Source: Asterias rubens (Eukaryota). Taken from it: 64,000 nt of DNA. Below, piece by piece: positions 1-12,686 of the stretch. The position numbers and the translations under genes were made by a program. The notes under the pieces are model-generated. The model had not been told where the DNA came from. It saw only the letters and a list, made by a program, of their open reading frames with translations, and did no database searches. Each line of letters starts with the position of its first letter. Position 1 is the first letter of the stretch. The DNA lies in assembly GCF_902459465.1 (NCBI RefSeq), contig NC_047074.1, positions 6,820,001 through 6,884,000 of the forward strand. The letters run 5' to 3'.

Positions 1-733
1 TGTTTCCGTATCTTTGCTATTATTGTAAATATAAATAGCCAACAGCACTATTGGCGCCTGCAGGAAAAACTCAAGGGATGGTTTGAACCCCATTAACAAA
101 ACAGACAATGTTATTACCACTACAGTGAGGATCTGCGCTGATAACACATGAAACATGTTGTCTCTGAACTTGAGTATCAACGCTACTGTCAGCCCCATGA
201 AGGCATTCACAAAAATCAGAAGACATGAGAATTCGTTATAACCATGAAAAAGGCCACACTTTGTGACACGTTCCCAATATTTATCAATGAAAACAATTGA
301 TGATAAATTAAAAAACACACCAAACAGATAAAGTTTAGTGTTCTGAATATAGATACTATCCTCCATTCCATGACCCTCTTTAAATATCTTTTCGTTGTAA
401 ATGTTTGCCATTGAAGATAAGAAGCACTGCAGTAAGACCCAACAATGTCCTTCATATTGGCCGAGTAGGGATAACTTGTAGCGCCAAGAAGGTAACTGAA
501 TAATCTTTGTTGAGCAAATAGGCAAACCGTCTGATGAACAATAGTCGCCAGGTTGTACATTGCATTTGATGGTTGGGGATGACTGCTGGCTGTCATTATT
601 TTGTCCTTGTTTATTATGATGCATAAGTTTACCATCTGAACTGCTGTGTGTAACATTTGCCTGTCTCGATAGACACATGATGGCCAGGAACAGTATAACA
701 AGTGAGGCCCACTGTAACTTCACAAGTTTTCTC
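1..733 (-). CDS. SLC35A5: SLC35A5 large coding exon (open at window edge)
   Basis: Acceptor ttgtacaattacag|G; phase 2; 244 open codons (RKLVKLQWASL...IYIYNNSKDTET). Confidence 0.93.
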
Positions 734-3700
734 CTGTAATTGTACAAAAAGAACACAAATTGTTTTAATTGACAAACACATCATACATATCAGACAATGA
801 AAATCCAACATCAACATTTTGAAAAAATTGCAGCGATTCGAAGTTTAAAAGATGTGATTCTAGGCATATAAATTTCTAAAAGGATTTTGGTACCTTTTGA
901 AGGACACAAAACACAATGTCCACATATTTACATTAAACTTACATGGTTTGAAGATACTTGTATTTTAATACAAATACTGGTATAGGAAAGCTTTCTACCA
1001 CCATTGTCTTCAAACCGTGTAAGTCTACAATAATGTGGACATTGTGTTTTGTGTTACAAAAAGTACCCAAACCCTTGAAATAATGCATTATGAATAAAAT
1101 GTAATTTTACATCTTGCGCAACCTTTTGACATCAGTGTTAACTTCTCATCTAGAAAATAACATTTTAATATGGCAAAAGTTATAAACTCTTAATCAGTGT
1201 ATTTCTTCACCCAAGAGTGGTGTGATGATGTCATCCTCTCATAGAGACACACAAGATTGAGGCCACTACTCTTTTAAAAACAGACGAGCATTCACCAACA
1301 TATATTTAAAGCAAAATCCAGACAATGACTTTATGTAGGGTGGAATTGAACCATATAGTGCCATGAATGTTAATAATATTATTTTGAATGCTCTCGGTAC
1401 ATCCTTCACTGCATCGAGTAAGCTCTACCTCAACACGCATCTCCACTTCCAGAGCCCAACAAACAACAGTTAGACCTAGACACCTCAACCCCGGTTCATA
1501 CTGCCTGCGGATGGGAATGTGATGCAAATTTGACGTCACAACTCTATTTTCCCTGTGATATTCGCAAGAGTTGAGCACAACTCAACCCACTGCGACTTTC
1601 GATGCGAATTTGTGACGTCAACATTCGTATCGCATTCACATTCGCAGGAACTATGAACCGGGCTTTAGACAGTCCCTCCAGTCCACCCTCAACTCAACCA
1701 ACAAGATTACGCCAAGATTCAAGATATCAACCTACATGTAGCTTCAACCCAGCCATCATTTCAAGGTACCCCCAAGAAACAAGTCACCAAATTCACCCAG
1801 CTTTGATCCAGCAAAAGAGTCAAGTCCCCTTGCAAAAGAGATTTAAAACAAGAGATTTCCGTGGTACTCAGACCTTTGCTATCAAGCCCCATCTCAGTAC
1901 ACCCTTGTGAACCACAGTCATTGCTGTCTCACCCCAAATCTAACCAATGTTCCCTCCAAAGGCATGAATTTCAGCCCCACGTACACCTTGCACGATTTCA
2001 AGGATGCTCTAAAACCAGTTGAAATCCTTGTGTCAATCGGTATAAATACTACAGACACTCATTCATTTGTCGTAGGAAAATCACACCTGCTACTTTCAGA
2101 AACAATTAATGGAGAACTTAAATGTGAACTTACTTTAAAATAAGTCTAAACAGAACTGCAGTTGATATGATTGCAAAGTTGTTCAAGAGAACCACCATAG
2201 CCTGGACAAAAATAAGATAAATCATTAGGTTATCATCTGGACAAAAATGGATTATTAAAGACAGTGGACACTATTGGTAATTGTCAAAGACTAGTTTTCT
2301 CACTTGGTGTATCTCAACATATGCATAAAATATCAAACCTGTGAAAATTTGAGCTCAATTGGTCGTCGAAGTTGCCAGATAATAATGAAAGAAAAAACAC
2401 CCTTGTCACACGAAGTTGTGTGCGTTTAGAAGGTTGATTTAGAGACCTCAAATTCTAAATCTGAGGTCTTGAAATCAAATTCGTGGAAAATTACTTCTTT
2501 CTCGAAAACTATTGCATTCAGAGGGAGCCGTTTCTCACGATGTTTTATACAATCAACCTCTCCCCATTACTCGTCACCAAGTAAGGTTTTATGCTTATAA
2601 CTATTTTGAGTAATTACCAATAGTGTCCACTGCCTTAAAAAGTGTATAATTGATCCAACAGCTCCAAGTGGTGATAGCAGGGTAGACAGGAGATGATAAA
2701 TAACATGTTTAGAGAATCCTCAACCAGGCAGGGACTGTAGTGTTGTGCCTCCCCCCCCCCAGCAAAGTTGCCCCCAATACATTATAAGACAACTCCTAAT
2801 TCTTTTCTTACAGTTACATACAGGGCGACTAAAAAAACTCTACACTTTTGAAATGGCTGCTGAATATGATTCTGGGGGAAAGGTTTAGATGTATGGATAG
2901 CTTATGGACTAAACTTTATTATAACACACCTCTTGCTTGTTCTGTATTCTGGTTGGCTGAAACACGGTCACGTGGGATGAACTAATATAGGCTAGTGAAC
3001 GCGTGCGTTTTTTGCGGGATAGTACCAGAGCGGGCACTAGTCTTTGCAAATAGTGCCCGCAGTAACAGCGCCCTCTCTTGACTTGAACCATGAACAACAA
3101 CTACAAAACTCCTTTTTCTGTTCTTATTTGACATTTAAAGCCGAGCTGTGTCATAAAACACATATTGACTGGCATAATTTGGTAACTAGTGGACGTCTAT
3201 TCAGGCTCGGGCCTGTGAGTGACCAGTAGTGGGGCCTATATAATTAGGTCGCTCTTCTGGTCACTCAAAGTCCCTCGTGGGAATAGATGACACTAGTTAC
3301 CACGTTGCCAGTCTATATGTGTATAATATGACACCAACCAGTCCGAAAATAATACATGCTCGGGTTGTAATTAGCTTTTCAATTTGTGAGAGGTAAGTCC
3401 CTTGGAGCTCACAAAACTCACACTAAGATGTAGGCTACTTATTCTTCAGTGAGTGGTGTTCATCCAAGCATGTATTTTTTCCAGACTTTTTGGTGTCATA
3501 AAAAATGAAAGTTGCAGCCATAAACTATCCATACATCTAAAACTTTCCCCCAGAGTCATATATTTTTCATTCAGCAGCCATCAAAAGTGTATAGTTTTTT
3601 TGAGACACACGATACAAATGTATAAACACAGGAAATGTATGAATTTTGTGTGTTCCTTGTAATCCTCCAGCCCAAGGAGACAGTGTCAGGGGAGAGTTTT

Positions 3701-6700
3701 TTTGTTAGGGGCATTACAACCATGACAGAGCTAATTTGATGGGGTATCGGGGGCAATTTGGTTGGGGTGGTTTTTGTTGTTGGGAGCAAAGCTTACTAGA
3801 GGGTGAGATGACTATCATTCTTTATTTCACATCAGATAGACCAATACAGCTAAGAAGAGGAACATACATGTTGACATGCATGGGGTGCTATTCCTATTCA
3901 CCAACATGAATGTAACTTAAGCTATAAGCTGTTAGATACCATGCATGACATCCAAGACATCACAATGGGTGCGTTCGATTAGCTTCCCCAGGTAGACCCT
4001 GCGGTGCTCATTCGGTTGAGCCCCTGACAAGAGCTAATCGCACGATCACTCGCCCTCTCGTGGTGACGTCATGCACCTCGGGCCAGCCTCAAATGACCCA
4101 CTCCACTAGCAAGGCTATTGGGGTGACCCGGGTGAGCCCCTGGAATGACGTCAAAGATATTCGAACGTACCATGCCAGACCATGGTTGACCCAGGGAAGC
4201 TACTCGAACGCACCCATTGATAAGAAAAATACTAAAATATTCATCAAGAGCAAGGAATATAATGTGTAACAAGAACATTATAATTCATGGCGTACCGGTT
4301 CAAATGAAGCAACAACATAAAAGGTGATGAGGTTATCAAGGAAGTAAAGTAGACCAGGTACACTCCACTTGAAGAGTCTTAAAACATCTCGCCAAGAAAC
4401 GCAAATTGTAAGTTGCTCTGAAAGATAAATCACAAAAAAGAGTATTGTTTAAGTTGCCTTAAAGGCAGTGGACTATATTGGTAATTACTCAAAATAACTG
4501 TTAATATTAGCATAAAAACTTACTTGGTATCAAGCAATGGGGAGCTGTTGATAGTATAAAACATTGTGAGAAACAGCTCCCTCTAAAGTAACAAAGTTTT
4601 CGAGAAAGAAGTACTTTTCCACAAATTTGATTTTGAGAAAGCAAACAATTTTGTGTGACAAGGGTGTTTTTTCTTCCATTACTATCTTGCACCTTCGACG
4701 ACCAATTGAGTTCAAATTTTTACAGATTTGTTATTTTGTGCATTAAAAAACTATGTTGAGATATACCATGTGAGAAGACTGGTCTTTGACTACCAATAGT
4801 GTCCAGTGTCTTTAACAATTCAAGGTGACCACTAAAGAATGCCACATCTCAGAATAAACAACTTAACGACGGAAATAAAACATTTTTACTGTGCCTTTGT
4901 GTGGTGTTAATGTTTGGAAACTTTAAAATAACAAAACAAAATGTTCTCTTATTTAGTACACTATTGGCAACTGAAACAAATTCTTATTTTACCACTGCAT
5001 TTTTACTAGTTTAAAGCCATTGGACCCTTTCGGTACTGAAAAAAAAAAACAGATTTACAAATAACTTACAGGGTTTACAGAAGGTAGTGGTGAAATACTT
5101 CTTTTGAAATATTATTCCATGAAATGCTTTACTTTTTGAGAAAACAGTAAAACAATATCAATTCTCGTTAACGAGAATTACAGATTTATTTTAAACACAT
5201 GTCATGACATGGCGAAACGCGCGGATACAAGGGTAGGTTTTCCCGTTATTTTCTCCCGACTCCGATGACCTATTAAGCCCAAATTTTCACAGGTTTGTTA
5301 TTTGATTTAGAACTTGTGATACACGAAGTGTGGGCCTTGGACAATACTGTTTACCGAAAGGGTCCAATGGCTTTAAAGACATTGGACACTAATGGTAATT
5401 GTCAAAGACCAGTCTTTTCACTTGGTGTATCTCAACATATGCATAAAATAACAAATCTGTGAAAATTTGAGCTCAATTGGTTGTCGAAGTTGCCAGATAA
5501 TAATGAAAGAAAAAACACCCTTGTCACACGAATTTGTGTGCGTTTAGATGGTTGATTTCGAGACCTCAAATTCTAAATCTGAGGTCTTGAAATCAAATTC
5601 GTGGAAAATTACTTCTTCCTCGAAACTAGGGCACTTCAGAGGGGGCCGTTTCTCACAAAGTTTTATACCATCAACCTCTCCCCAATACTCGTCACCAAGT
5701 AAGGTTTCATGCTTATAATTATTTTGAGTAATTACCAATAGTGTCCACTGACTTTAATATGTACATTAATAATAATGTCAAACAAGTCAAAGTGCTTGCT
5801 TGTTTATTTTTTTAACAAGAAAAGCAGAGAAGAAAAAATTTCTGTAATAAGTTAAGAGAAACTAAAAAAAGAGTCTTTGAAGTTTACCTGAGCCTTTCCT
5901 GACAACATTTACAGCCATTATGCTACACACAAGTAACTTGATCATCTCAGCACATAAATTGACTGTCACTGGTAAATAATCAAACTTTCCATCTGAAAAA
6001 GCAAAATAAAACCATTCCTGCTGACTTTACAATACCACCAACAAAACAGTGATTAAATTAATATCATAATTAATGAAACATTTTTGGGGTTGAACAAAGA
6101 ATTTACTAGAGTGGGATTTGTACCAACGACCTCCGAACTAACCATAGAGTTGCAGAAGGAACTAGAGGGCGCACTCGTGATGCTTCGTGCACAAACACAA
6201 CGGGACCGCAAGGAGACACGCGCGCACCATTCTGTATGCACGTTGAATATGAAGTACACATTGGAGTTTGTGTTTATTGAAAGCTACGCGATGTTGTTTT
6301 GTCAACTTACAAAATGGCTGCACAAACACACGCTGTGCGATGCATGTTTTTCAACTTAGAAAATGGCCACCTGCGTGCATGCCGGGGCGCGTATATAGGC
6401 CAGTGCGCCCTCTAGTTCTTATATACTCTGTAGAAGTAACTGAGCTATCAAGCCCAATATTGGCGCTGTCCCTATTTTGTCAATATCTTTGTTCGGGGTA
6501 GCCAGTCAGAAGCCATACAACCGTTAACTGCCGTGTAGCCAGGGATCACACCCTGGATTACAATACAAACTGGGAAGCCGCAGCCAGGGGATCAACTTAA
6601 GGGGATGCGGGGATCATTCCTTAAACCATCTCAACTCCCTGGGTAGTATTATATAGCTTGTGCGACAGTTATAGTGCGCTACTTGGCTAAACCAATCACA

Positions 6701-7248
6701 AGAACCATCTCTGCCCTCACAGGTACCCATTTACCCCCCGAGTAGAGAGAAGCAATTATAGTCCAAGATGCATTGTGGCAGATGTTTGCTACAGGCGCAA
6801 TAGTAAAATTCACTTTGAAAGGATTGAAAGATTTTGTCACTGATGTCTGATTGTGTTTCGGAAGTAAATTATGTTGTTGTGAATAGTCGTGAGCGACACA
6901 ACTGGTTCACCAAACCGACAGTCGCAATCACTTTTGTAATCAGTGCGATTATTTTTGTAGTAGGCATGGTGGCACATCTAACCGAGTCGAGACTCAACTT
7001 AGCAAAAAGTTGCATCTACGACAATAATGGCACTAGTCGCCCAGGCTTGGTCAAATGTGAAGGTGAGTTATTGAACCTTCTATTGTTTTATTACAGGAAC
7101 TTTATGCAAGCAGTCGTCTAATAAACCCACCTTTATTAGCAGAACACTTTATCAGCAGTAAGCGTAATCCTCCAAATGTAATAAAAATGGTTGCCAAGGA
7201 TGTTGTTGTAAAAAGTGCCCATCGTCTTGTCACTTCTTCCACAGCCAT
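1..7248 (-). CDS. SLC35A5: SLC35A5 probable UDP-sugar transporter, spliced; 3' end beyond left edge. Coding exons 7248-7131, 5992-5888, 4417-4296, 2201-2134, 733-<1
   Basis: All junctions GT-AG with matching phases (1,1,0,2). Translation has family motifs FDYLPVTVNLCAE, FKWSVPGLLYFLDNLI, LQWASLVILFL, QCFLSSMANIYNEKIFKEG, QNTKLYLFG, ILKFRDNMFHV, FKPSLEFFLQAP, matching my recollection of human SLC35A5. Confidence 0.93.
878..1077. mobile_element. MITE family D, internally deleted palindromic derivative
   Basis: Arms acacaatgtccac...ggtttgaag and cttcaaacc...gtggacattgtgt are reverse complements. Confidence 0.65.
1488..1674. mobile_element. Palindromic MITE (TIR cccggttcata), Harbinger-like
   Basis: cccggttcatactgcctgcg...cgcaggaactatgaaccggg, with further internal inverted matches. 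Confidence 0.6.
2134..2201 (-). CDS. SLC35A5: SLC35A5 coding exon 4
   Basis: tttttgtccag|GCT...TTAAA|gtaagt; AMVVLLNNFAIISTAVLFRLILK. Confidence 0.9.
2255..2638 (-). mobile_element. MITE family A (TTAA-flanked, Kolobok-like), copy 1
   Basis: TIR aaag(g/a)cagtggacactattggtaatt, TTAA at both ends, internal palindrome ttcgagacctca...tgaggtctcgaa. TTAA plus purine-purine termini suggests Kolobok rather than piggyBac (inference). Confidence 0.85.
3150..3335. mobile_element. Palindromic MITE; core shared with 10140-10250
   Basis: ggtaactagtg / cactagttacc inverted; shared core cgggcctgtgagtgacc...ctcttctggtcactcaaag. Confidence 0.55.
3967..4215. mobile_element. MITE family E (TIR gggtgcgttcgattagcttccc; possibly PIF/Harbinger-like)
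   Basis: TIRs visible. Other copies at 10269-10728, 11665-11864, 27981-28111, 37212-37456 and 47832-48068. Confidence 0.8.
4296..4417 (-). CDS. SLC35A5: SLC35A5 coding exon 3
   Basis: tctttcag|AG...CCG|gtacgc; EQLTICVSWRDVLRLFKWSVPGLLYFLDNLITFYVVASFEP. Confidence 0.9.
4459..4815 (+). mobile_element. MITE family A copy, deletion at the internal palindrome
   Basis: Same TIRs and TTAA flanks. Confidence 0.85.
5011..5376. mobile_element. MITE family B (TTAA-flanked)
   Basis: TIR aaagccattggaccctttcggta / taccgaaagggtccaatggcttt; shares its right TTAA with the next family A copy. Confidence 0.8.
5373..5757 (-). mobile_element. MITE family A copy
   Basis: Full length, TTAA flanks. Confidence 0.85.
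5888..5992 (-). CDS. SLC35A5: SLC35A5 coding exon 2
   Basis: gctttttcag|AT...TCAG|gtaaac; DGKFDYLPVTVNLCAEMIKLLVCSIMAVNVVRKGS. Confidence 0.9.
6161..6418. mobile_element. MITE with TIR actagagggcgcact
   Basis: actagagggcgcact ... agtgcgccctctagt. Confidence 0.55.
6560..6770 (-). mobile_element. CORE-SINE-like fragment
   Basis: Reverse strand reads ttgcttctctctactcggggggtaaatgggtacctg, resembling the invertebrate CORE domain from memory. Confidence 0.45.
7131..7248 (-). CDS. SLC35A5: SLC35A5 first coding exon (exon probably begins at acceptor 7279)
   Basis: acaaATGG start; MAVEEVTRRWALFTTTSLATIFITFGGLRLLLIKCSANK; donor AAAG|gtgggt. Confidence 0.85.
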
Positions 7249-8453
7249 TTGTTTGGGACATCAATGGATAGGAAGTAAGCTATAATTATACAAAATACAA
7301 AAAGTAGAAAATTTTCAGTTTGCTACATAACAAAAACAAGGTGTTGTATTCTTGAATGTCATCAAATGATGATGTCACTAACTAAATGATGATGTCATTA
7401 AATAATAATTTACACTCATTACGATGTTGAACGGTTCCGCATGTTTCAACTTTAACTCACTCACTTTTTAGCTGTGTCACAGTGTGTCATAACAGTTCAG
7501 ATTGAAATATATTTTATTTCATTACTTCAAAATTCAGTCCTTCAAAACTCAAAACCTCAATACAAAATTTGTATTGAAAAATGTTTTAATCTATAGACTG
7601 ATCCATTAGGCTCCGCCCATGACGCACAGGTGAGCATAAACATGCGAGCCTCTCCAATGCCATTCTGCACAACACCACCGCGTGCGCCAAGCATACGCGC
7701 ACGCATGTTGGACTTTATTTTGTCAGACTTTTGGTGGTGCAATGGGTTGCGATTGGTCAATAAGCCATGGGGCGGAGCTTAATGGATCACTTTATTTGTT
7801 TTACTCTTCAAAATCTCACATGTCAAAACACAGAATGATCACCAGTGTAGTTGAGGTTGTGGGTATGATATTTTAAAAAGCTGTTTGAGAATAAATTTGA
7901 GAAAGTAAGAGCTTCTTTCAAAAAAGGAACGTACGTATATGTTTGGTTATTACTCTTAAAAATTCAATTGCAATAAAAACTTTTTGGTTTGTACAGCTGT
8001 TATCCACCTGGTTCCCAGACGCGTGTCCTTATGTTTGTGCAAAAGGAATTTGTTCTTTAGGACGAACCTGTGCAGATAATTCTCCATGTTTGTCCTGGGA
8101 AAAAACATGTGCACGGTTGGGGACAATCAGCATTGTGTAGTGGTAAACCCGAGTAGTTGGGGACTTAATTACCGAAAAGAATTTATCATTTTAAACAATT
8201 TTTGAGATTGCGGAGTTGATTTTCTAACGCCCACAGGGCCAATGAGAGTTTTAAAGGACACATAAAACAGCCTAATTTTGGCAAAAAAAGAAAGAAAAAA
8301 AAGGAGATTTGCGCAGCAAAATTTAAATGAACCATATCTTTATTGTCTTGTCAAATATTATAAAATATAAACCTATTATTTAGTATTAGGCCCCCGAGGT
8401 CATGCTACAGGAGACGATAGCGGAACGAAACCGAAACAGTTCTTGTCTGACAT

Positions 8454-8523
8454 TAGTTGCTATATAACGTAACCCTCCTCCCGTGCGGCCGTCGGGAGGA
8501 GGGTTTTTACGTTATCGCAACTA
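8454..8523. mobile_element. 70-bp hairpin micro-element, TAG...CTA termini, 9-bp flanking direct repeat gtctgacat (copy 1)
   Basis: Identical copy at 8697-8766 with the same 9-bp flanks. Confidence 0.7.
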
Positions 8524-8696
8524 GTCTGACATGGTTCTAGGGAGGTCCATTCAACTGTCGGCTTGTCTTGGCAATCTGTCAAGTTGTCTCAATGTCGAGT
8601 TGTCTGAACCGTTGAGTCGTATGTATTTACTTGTCCGACCGATCCACCGAGTTGTCCGACGGACGAGTTTTCTGCTGACTCTGACATGTCTGACAT

Positions 8697-8766
8697 TAGT
8701 TGCTATATAACGTAACCCTCCTCCCGTGCGGCCGTCGGGAGGAGGGTTTTTACGTTATCGCAACTA
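8697..8766. mobile_element. 70-bp hairpin micro-element (copy 2)
   Basis: 100% identical to 8454-8523. Confidence 0.7.
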
Positions 8767-9127
8767 GTCTGACATGCACATCCTTCAAGACGCAAGTAGT
8801 TTCTCTAAACTGTCCTAAGATAAGAGTCCAAGTTCACCTAAGTCATAAGTGGAGATTAGACAAATCGACGGTCAGACAACTCGACAGTTGACAGTCAGTT
8901 GACGACGGAGTGCCAAGCAAGAAAAGTTGAAAGGTGTGTGTGTGGGTGTGTGATCATGGGGCTCCGCCGAACAGCCGAATGGGGCTCCACTCCAGCAGAG
9001 TTGAAAGTTCGGCAGTTCTTCGCCACTGACGAGATAACCGATTGAAATCGCGCGGTACATAGTCATCGAACTATTAAAATTATGGGATAATACTCCAGAC
9101 TAATCCTTATCAAAAAATGAATTACTT

Positions 9128-9230
9128 ACCACTCAATTACTTTCTCTCTCGTCGGTACGTGGTCACGGTTGTTTTTGCTGTTTGGTTTTTATTAGTCACC
9201 GATAGAGGGCGCAACACATCGAATGGCTCG
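9128..9230 (-). promoter_or_regulatory. Candidate non-coding first exon / promoter-proximal region of SLC35A5
   Basis: Strong donor GTG|gtaagt at 9130/9129 upstream of the acceptor at 7279/7280. Exon start not determinable. Confidence 0.3.
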
Positions 9231-9364
9231 GTCGGAAGACTTGATTCAAGTCCTGTTCTCTGTCAGAGTGTTTATTGTGTCAAAAAGAACTAAAGAAGGT
9301 TGTTACATGCCAGCTCTCAATTGATCATTCTTCAAACGTCCCTTCCACTCTTTCGGGGTGAGTG

Positions 9365-9511
9365 TAGACTTGTGGACAAGTCGTTAAATCGGCCCCACGC
9401 GCTGAGACAAGGAGTCGAAATCGGGGAGCCATCAGTTCGCGCGAGAGCAGTGATCTCGGGGAGCACTATCTCAGCGCGTGGGGCCGATTTAACGACTTGT
9501 CCACAAGTCTA
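9365..9511. mobile_element. Non-autonomous DNA transposon, TAG...CTA termini, 9-bp TSD gggtgagtg
   Basis: About 42-bp TIR tagacttgtggacaagtcgttaaatcggccccacgcgctgag; perfect 9-bp TSD at 9356-9364 and 9512-9520. Relative at about 46384-46608. Confidence 0.8.
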
Positions 9512-10268
9512 GGGTGAGTGAGGTGCAAATCTGGTGACGATAGAGCATGGTGTGAGAAGCCTTTACTCGCTCTTGCAAAAAGCCATGGCGGAAAACTGTT
9601 TTGAGAGTGAAAACAAGTACTTTTAACTCGATTTAGAGTGAAGTTCGTTTCAATTTTACTCAGAAAGAGTGACCGAGGGACTTTCACTCTCTCAAAAGAG
9701 CGAAAATGCCACCACTCTGACGACAAGAGTGTTCACTCTTTTACATTTTTTAGAGAGCACTTTAACTCGCCTTGCATCAATTTGGTGTCAAGGGCCCGGC
9801 TCTGAAATGGCTTCAATCATATTTATTTCAGTATAGGATCCATTAAAGTGAACATTGCTGGTATCCTGTCTGACTTTGATCCACCTTACGAGCGAGCGTT
9901 GCCGTTCAATGAAGACCCTCGCCTTCGGCCGGCCCTGGCCTTTATCGCACGGCCACGACCCAGTGCCGATTTTAAACGGCAGTTAAAAGGAAAACGTTGC
10001 CATGGGTCCCTCTTCTGGTCACTCTAAGCTTCATGCTCAAAAGAGGGCGCTAAAAAGCGCGAATGTTTGTACACAGTTTGCCATAATGGGGGAGGGGAGG
10101 TGAATCTCGGGGGGAAAGAATCTCCTACCACACCAGTCTATCCCCCTCGGGCCTGTGAGTGACCACGAAGAGGGATGTATGGGTCCCTCTTCTGGTCACT
10201 CAAAGCTACATGCTCAAAGTCCCTCGGGGAATAAACGTGCACTATTTACCTCATCGACAGTCAATAGA

Positions 10269-10728
10269 GGGCATGCGTTCGATTAGCTTAAATCCCAGGG
10301 TCGACCCCGCGGTGCTCACTCGGTTGAGCCACTGACCTAATCGAACGATCACACTTGCCCCCTCTCGTGGTGACGTCATGCATCTCCGGTCACCCCAATG
10401 ACCCAATCCACAAGCAGGGCGGGTGGGCTGACCTGGGTGAGCCCCTGGAATGGCGTCAAAGCTATAGACGATGTGACCTCTGACGTCACACGAAAACCAT
10501 AACATGGTTCGCGCGCATACCGCCGGGCAAAACCTTTGTGTTTTGGCAGCCAGCTAGAAAGTGTACGCAATCTTACTATGACTACGCAACTCAGTGCCCG
10601 GCGAAACATGACGTATACAGTGTTTTGTCAACAGAGGGCGGTTTGAATGTAAACACAGGTCACATCGTCTATTCGAACGCACCTGGGGCAGACCGGGGTC
10701 GACCCGGGGAAGTTAAACGAAAGCACCC
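10269..10728. mobile_element. MITE family E copy interrupted by a nested element (10465-10671, TIR tagacgatgtgacct)
   Basis: Family motif aaagcta|ttcgaacg is split by a 207-bp insert with 15-bp TIRs. Confidence 0.75.
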
Positions 10729-11664
10729 AATGTGTATAATGGAGATATGGAGATTAATGATCTCGACGCGGGTAATTATTTTAAAAACAAAATTGATTGG
10801 TTACGCAGCGCCCTCTCATGATGTGAACGGTGAATAGAAACTAATAAACAGAATCTTAGAAATCTTCAAGCGTTCCTTAAGTTTCTGAATTGCTAATGAT
10901 TTAATGCTCATAAGCTGTTTGGTGATTTAAAAAAGTTAGAAAATATTGATTTTTATTGTATTTCATAATTTATACAGCATGTTGTAAAGCAATAGGCACT
11001 GACATAATCAGTCATCAGTGCACATCCCCCCGTCCCCCCCCCCCCCTCGGGCAGCATGCTAGTCACCAAAATAAACACATTTTCCGACCGCTAAGCTTCG
11101 GTTCCTTTTCTTGTCACTCAAAGTCCTTCGGGGTGCTGATTATTGACCCCATTGCCGGTCCATAGTGTTTAGAAAAATGAAACAGAATACGGCACATTAA
11201 CAACTGCCACTAAATGGCGAAACAAATCCCGACATATTTACATAATATTAACAAAAAGAACCTGCACAATGTATACCCCAAAATATCATACAGTTAATGC
11301 TTTATATCTACTTGCAGGATGATTGTTGATCATGATCTACATTGTTCTAAAATATAGGCCTGACAAACATCCGACTAGCCTGAACATCTGAAGTCACACT
11401 AACTTTGAGGCTCGTGAATATTCCAGAGACCTACATTCATTGCACAAAGAGATACGCAGTCAAATTCTTTATGCACCATGCCAACATTGAATACATGCAA
11501 GTAAAATACATGCATGTATAATGTACTGTATACATAATAACACATACGTGGACACATGCAGACGACCGAAAGTAAGCTGTAATATCTGTGTTTTGATTGG
11601 TCGTCCGAGGTGACCTCAGACCAATCAAAACAAACCCAGATACAGTAGCTTTTATTCACTGCAT

Positions 11665-11864
11665 GGGTGTGTTCGTTTAGCTTCCCTGTGTCTACCCCGC
11701 GGTTGAGCCCCTGACAAGAGCTAAACGAACGACCACTCACCGCTCTCGTAGTGACGTCGTTTACCTGAGGCCAGCCCCCAAGTGACCCACTCCACAAGCA
11801 GGGCACTAGGGGCTGACCTGGGGGCAGACCGGGGATGACCCAGGGAAGCTAAACGAACGCACCC
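11665..11864. mobile_element. MITE family E copy
   Basis: TIRs intact. Confidence 0.8.
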
Positions 11865-12290
11865 ATTAATTTATCCAATGATATCTTTGTGTCCAATAGA
11901 ATCACTTGATCTGAGTAGCAGGTACCTGCCTTTATCCTTGCATGTAGATAAAGACAGGGGCCAAGTCTAACATCCGGCTAGCCGAGGATACACACCCAGA
12001 TGATTGATAACCCTGTCGTGGAGAGTTTAGTTTGGGTAGGGCTTACCAATTTATTTTGCTTACTTTTTATTATTACAAACCTAATTATTTTGTTTAGGCC
12101 TCTACAAAGATCCAAACCCGTTTTGTCAACAATACGTTAATATTTCGCGGTCAACGATTAACAATATAACATTATTTACAGCATCATCCAAACAACCTTA
12201 ATAGTATTAATTTTTAAAAGGTGTAACTGATTTCGCAGATTATTCAGCATCCATTAAATTAACTGTAACCTGTACATAAGTTATCACCAC

Positions 12291-12640
12291 TTAAAGGCAG
12301 TGGACACTAGTGGTTATTACAGTACTCAAAATATTAATTGGTAGCATAAAAACTTACTTGGTAACAAGCAATGGAGAGTATAAAACATTGTGGGAACGGC
12401 TCCCTCTGAAGTAACGTAGTTTTCGAGAAAGAAGTATTCCACGATTTTGGTTTTGAGATCTCAGAATAAGATTTTGAGGTCCCGAAATCAAGCATCTAAA
12501 AGCACAAAACTTCGTGTGACATGGGTGTTTTTTCTTCCATTACTTTCTCGCAACTTCGAAGACCAATTGAGTTCAAATTTTAACAGGTTTGTTATTTTGT
12601 GTACATGCCTATATTGATATACAACAAGTGATAAGACTGT
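12291..12640 (+). mobile_element. MITE family A copy (right end truncated)
   Basis: Family sequence. Confidence 0.8.
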
Positions 12641-12686
12641 CCCGACGAGTATTATTTTTTTATACATTTATATTACAAACCTGACA

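Noticed and set aside
216-701. 161-aa ORF with faint TNF-like spacing (VCL..QRL, SANM...SY)
   Set aside because: It is an alternative frame of the SLC35A5 exon; the other frame matches the transporter over 244 codons.
9026-9047. Hammerhead-like core CTGACGA...GAAA
   Set aside because: Stem II is only 3 weak pairs, and no stem I/III partner with a UH cleavage site was found.
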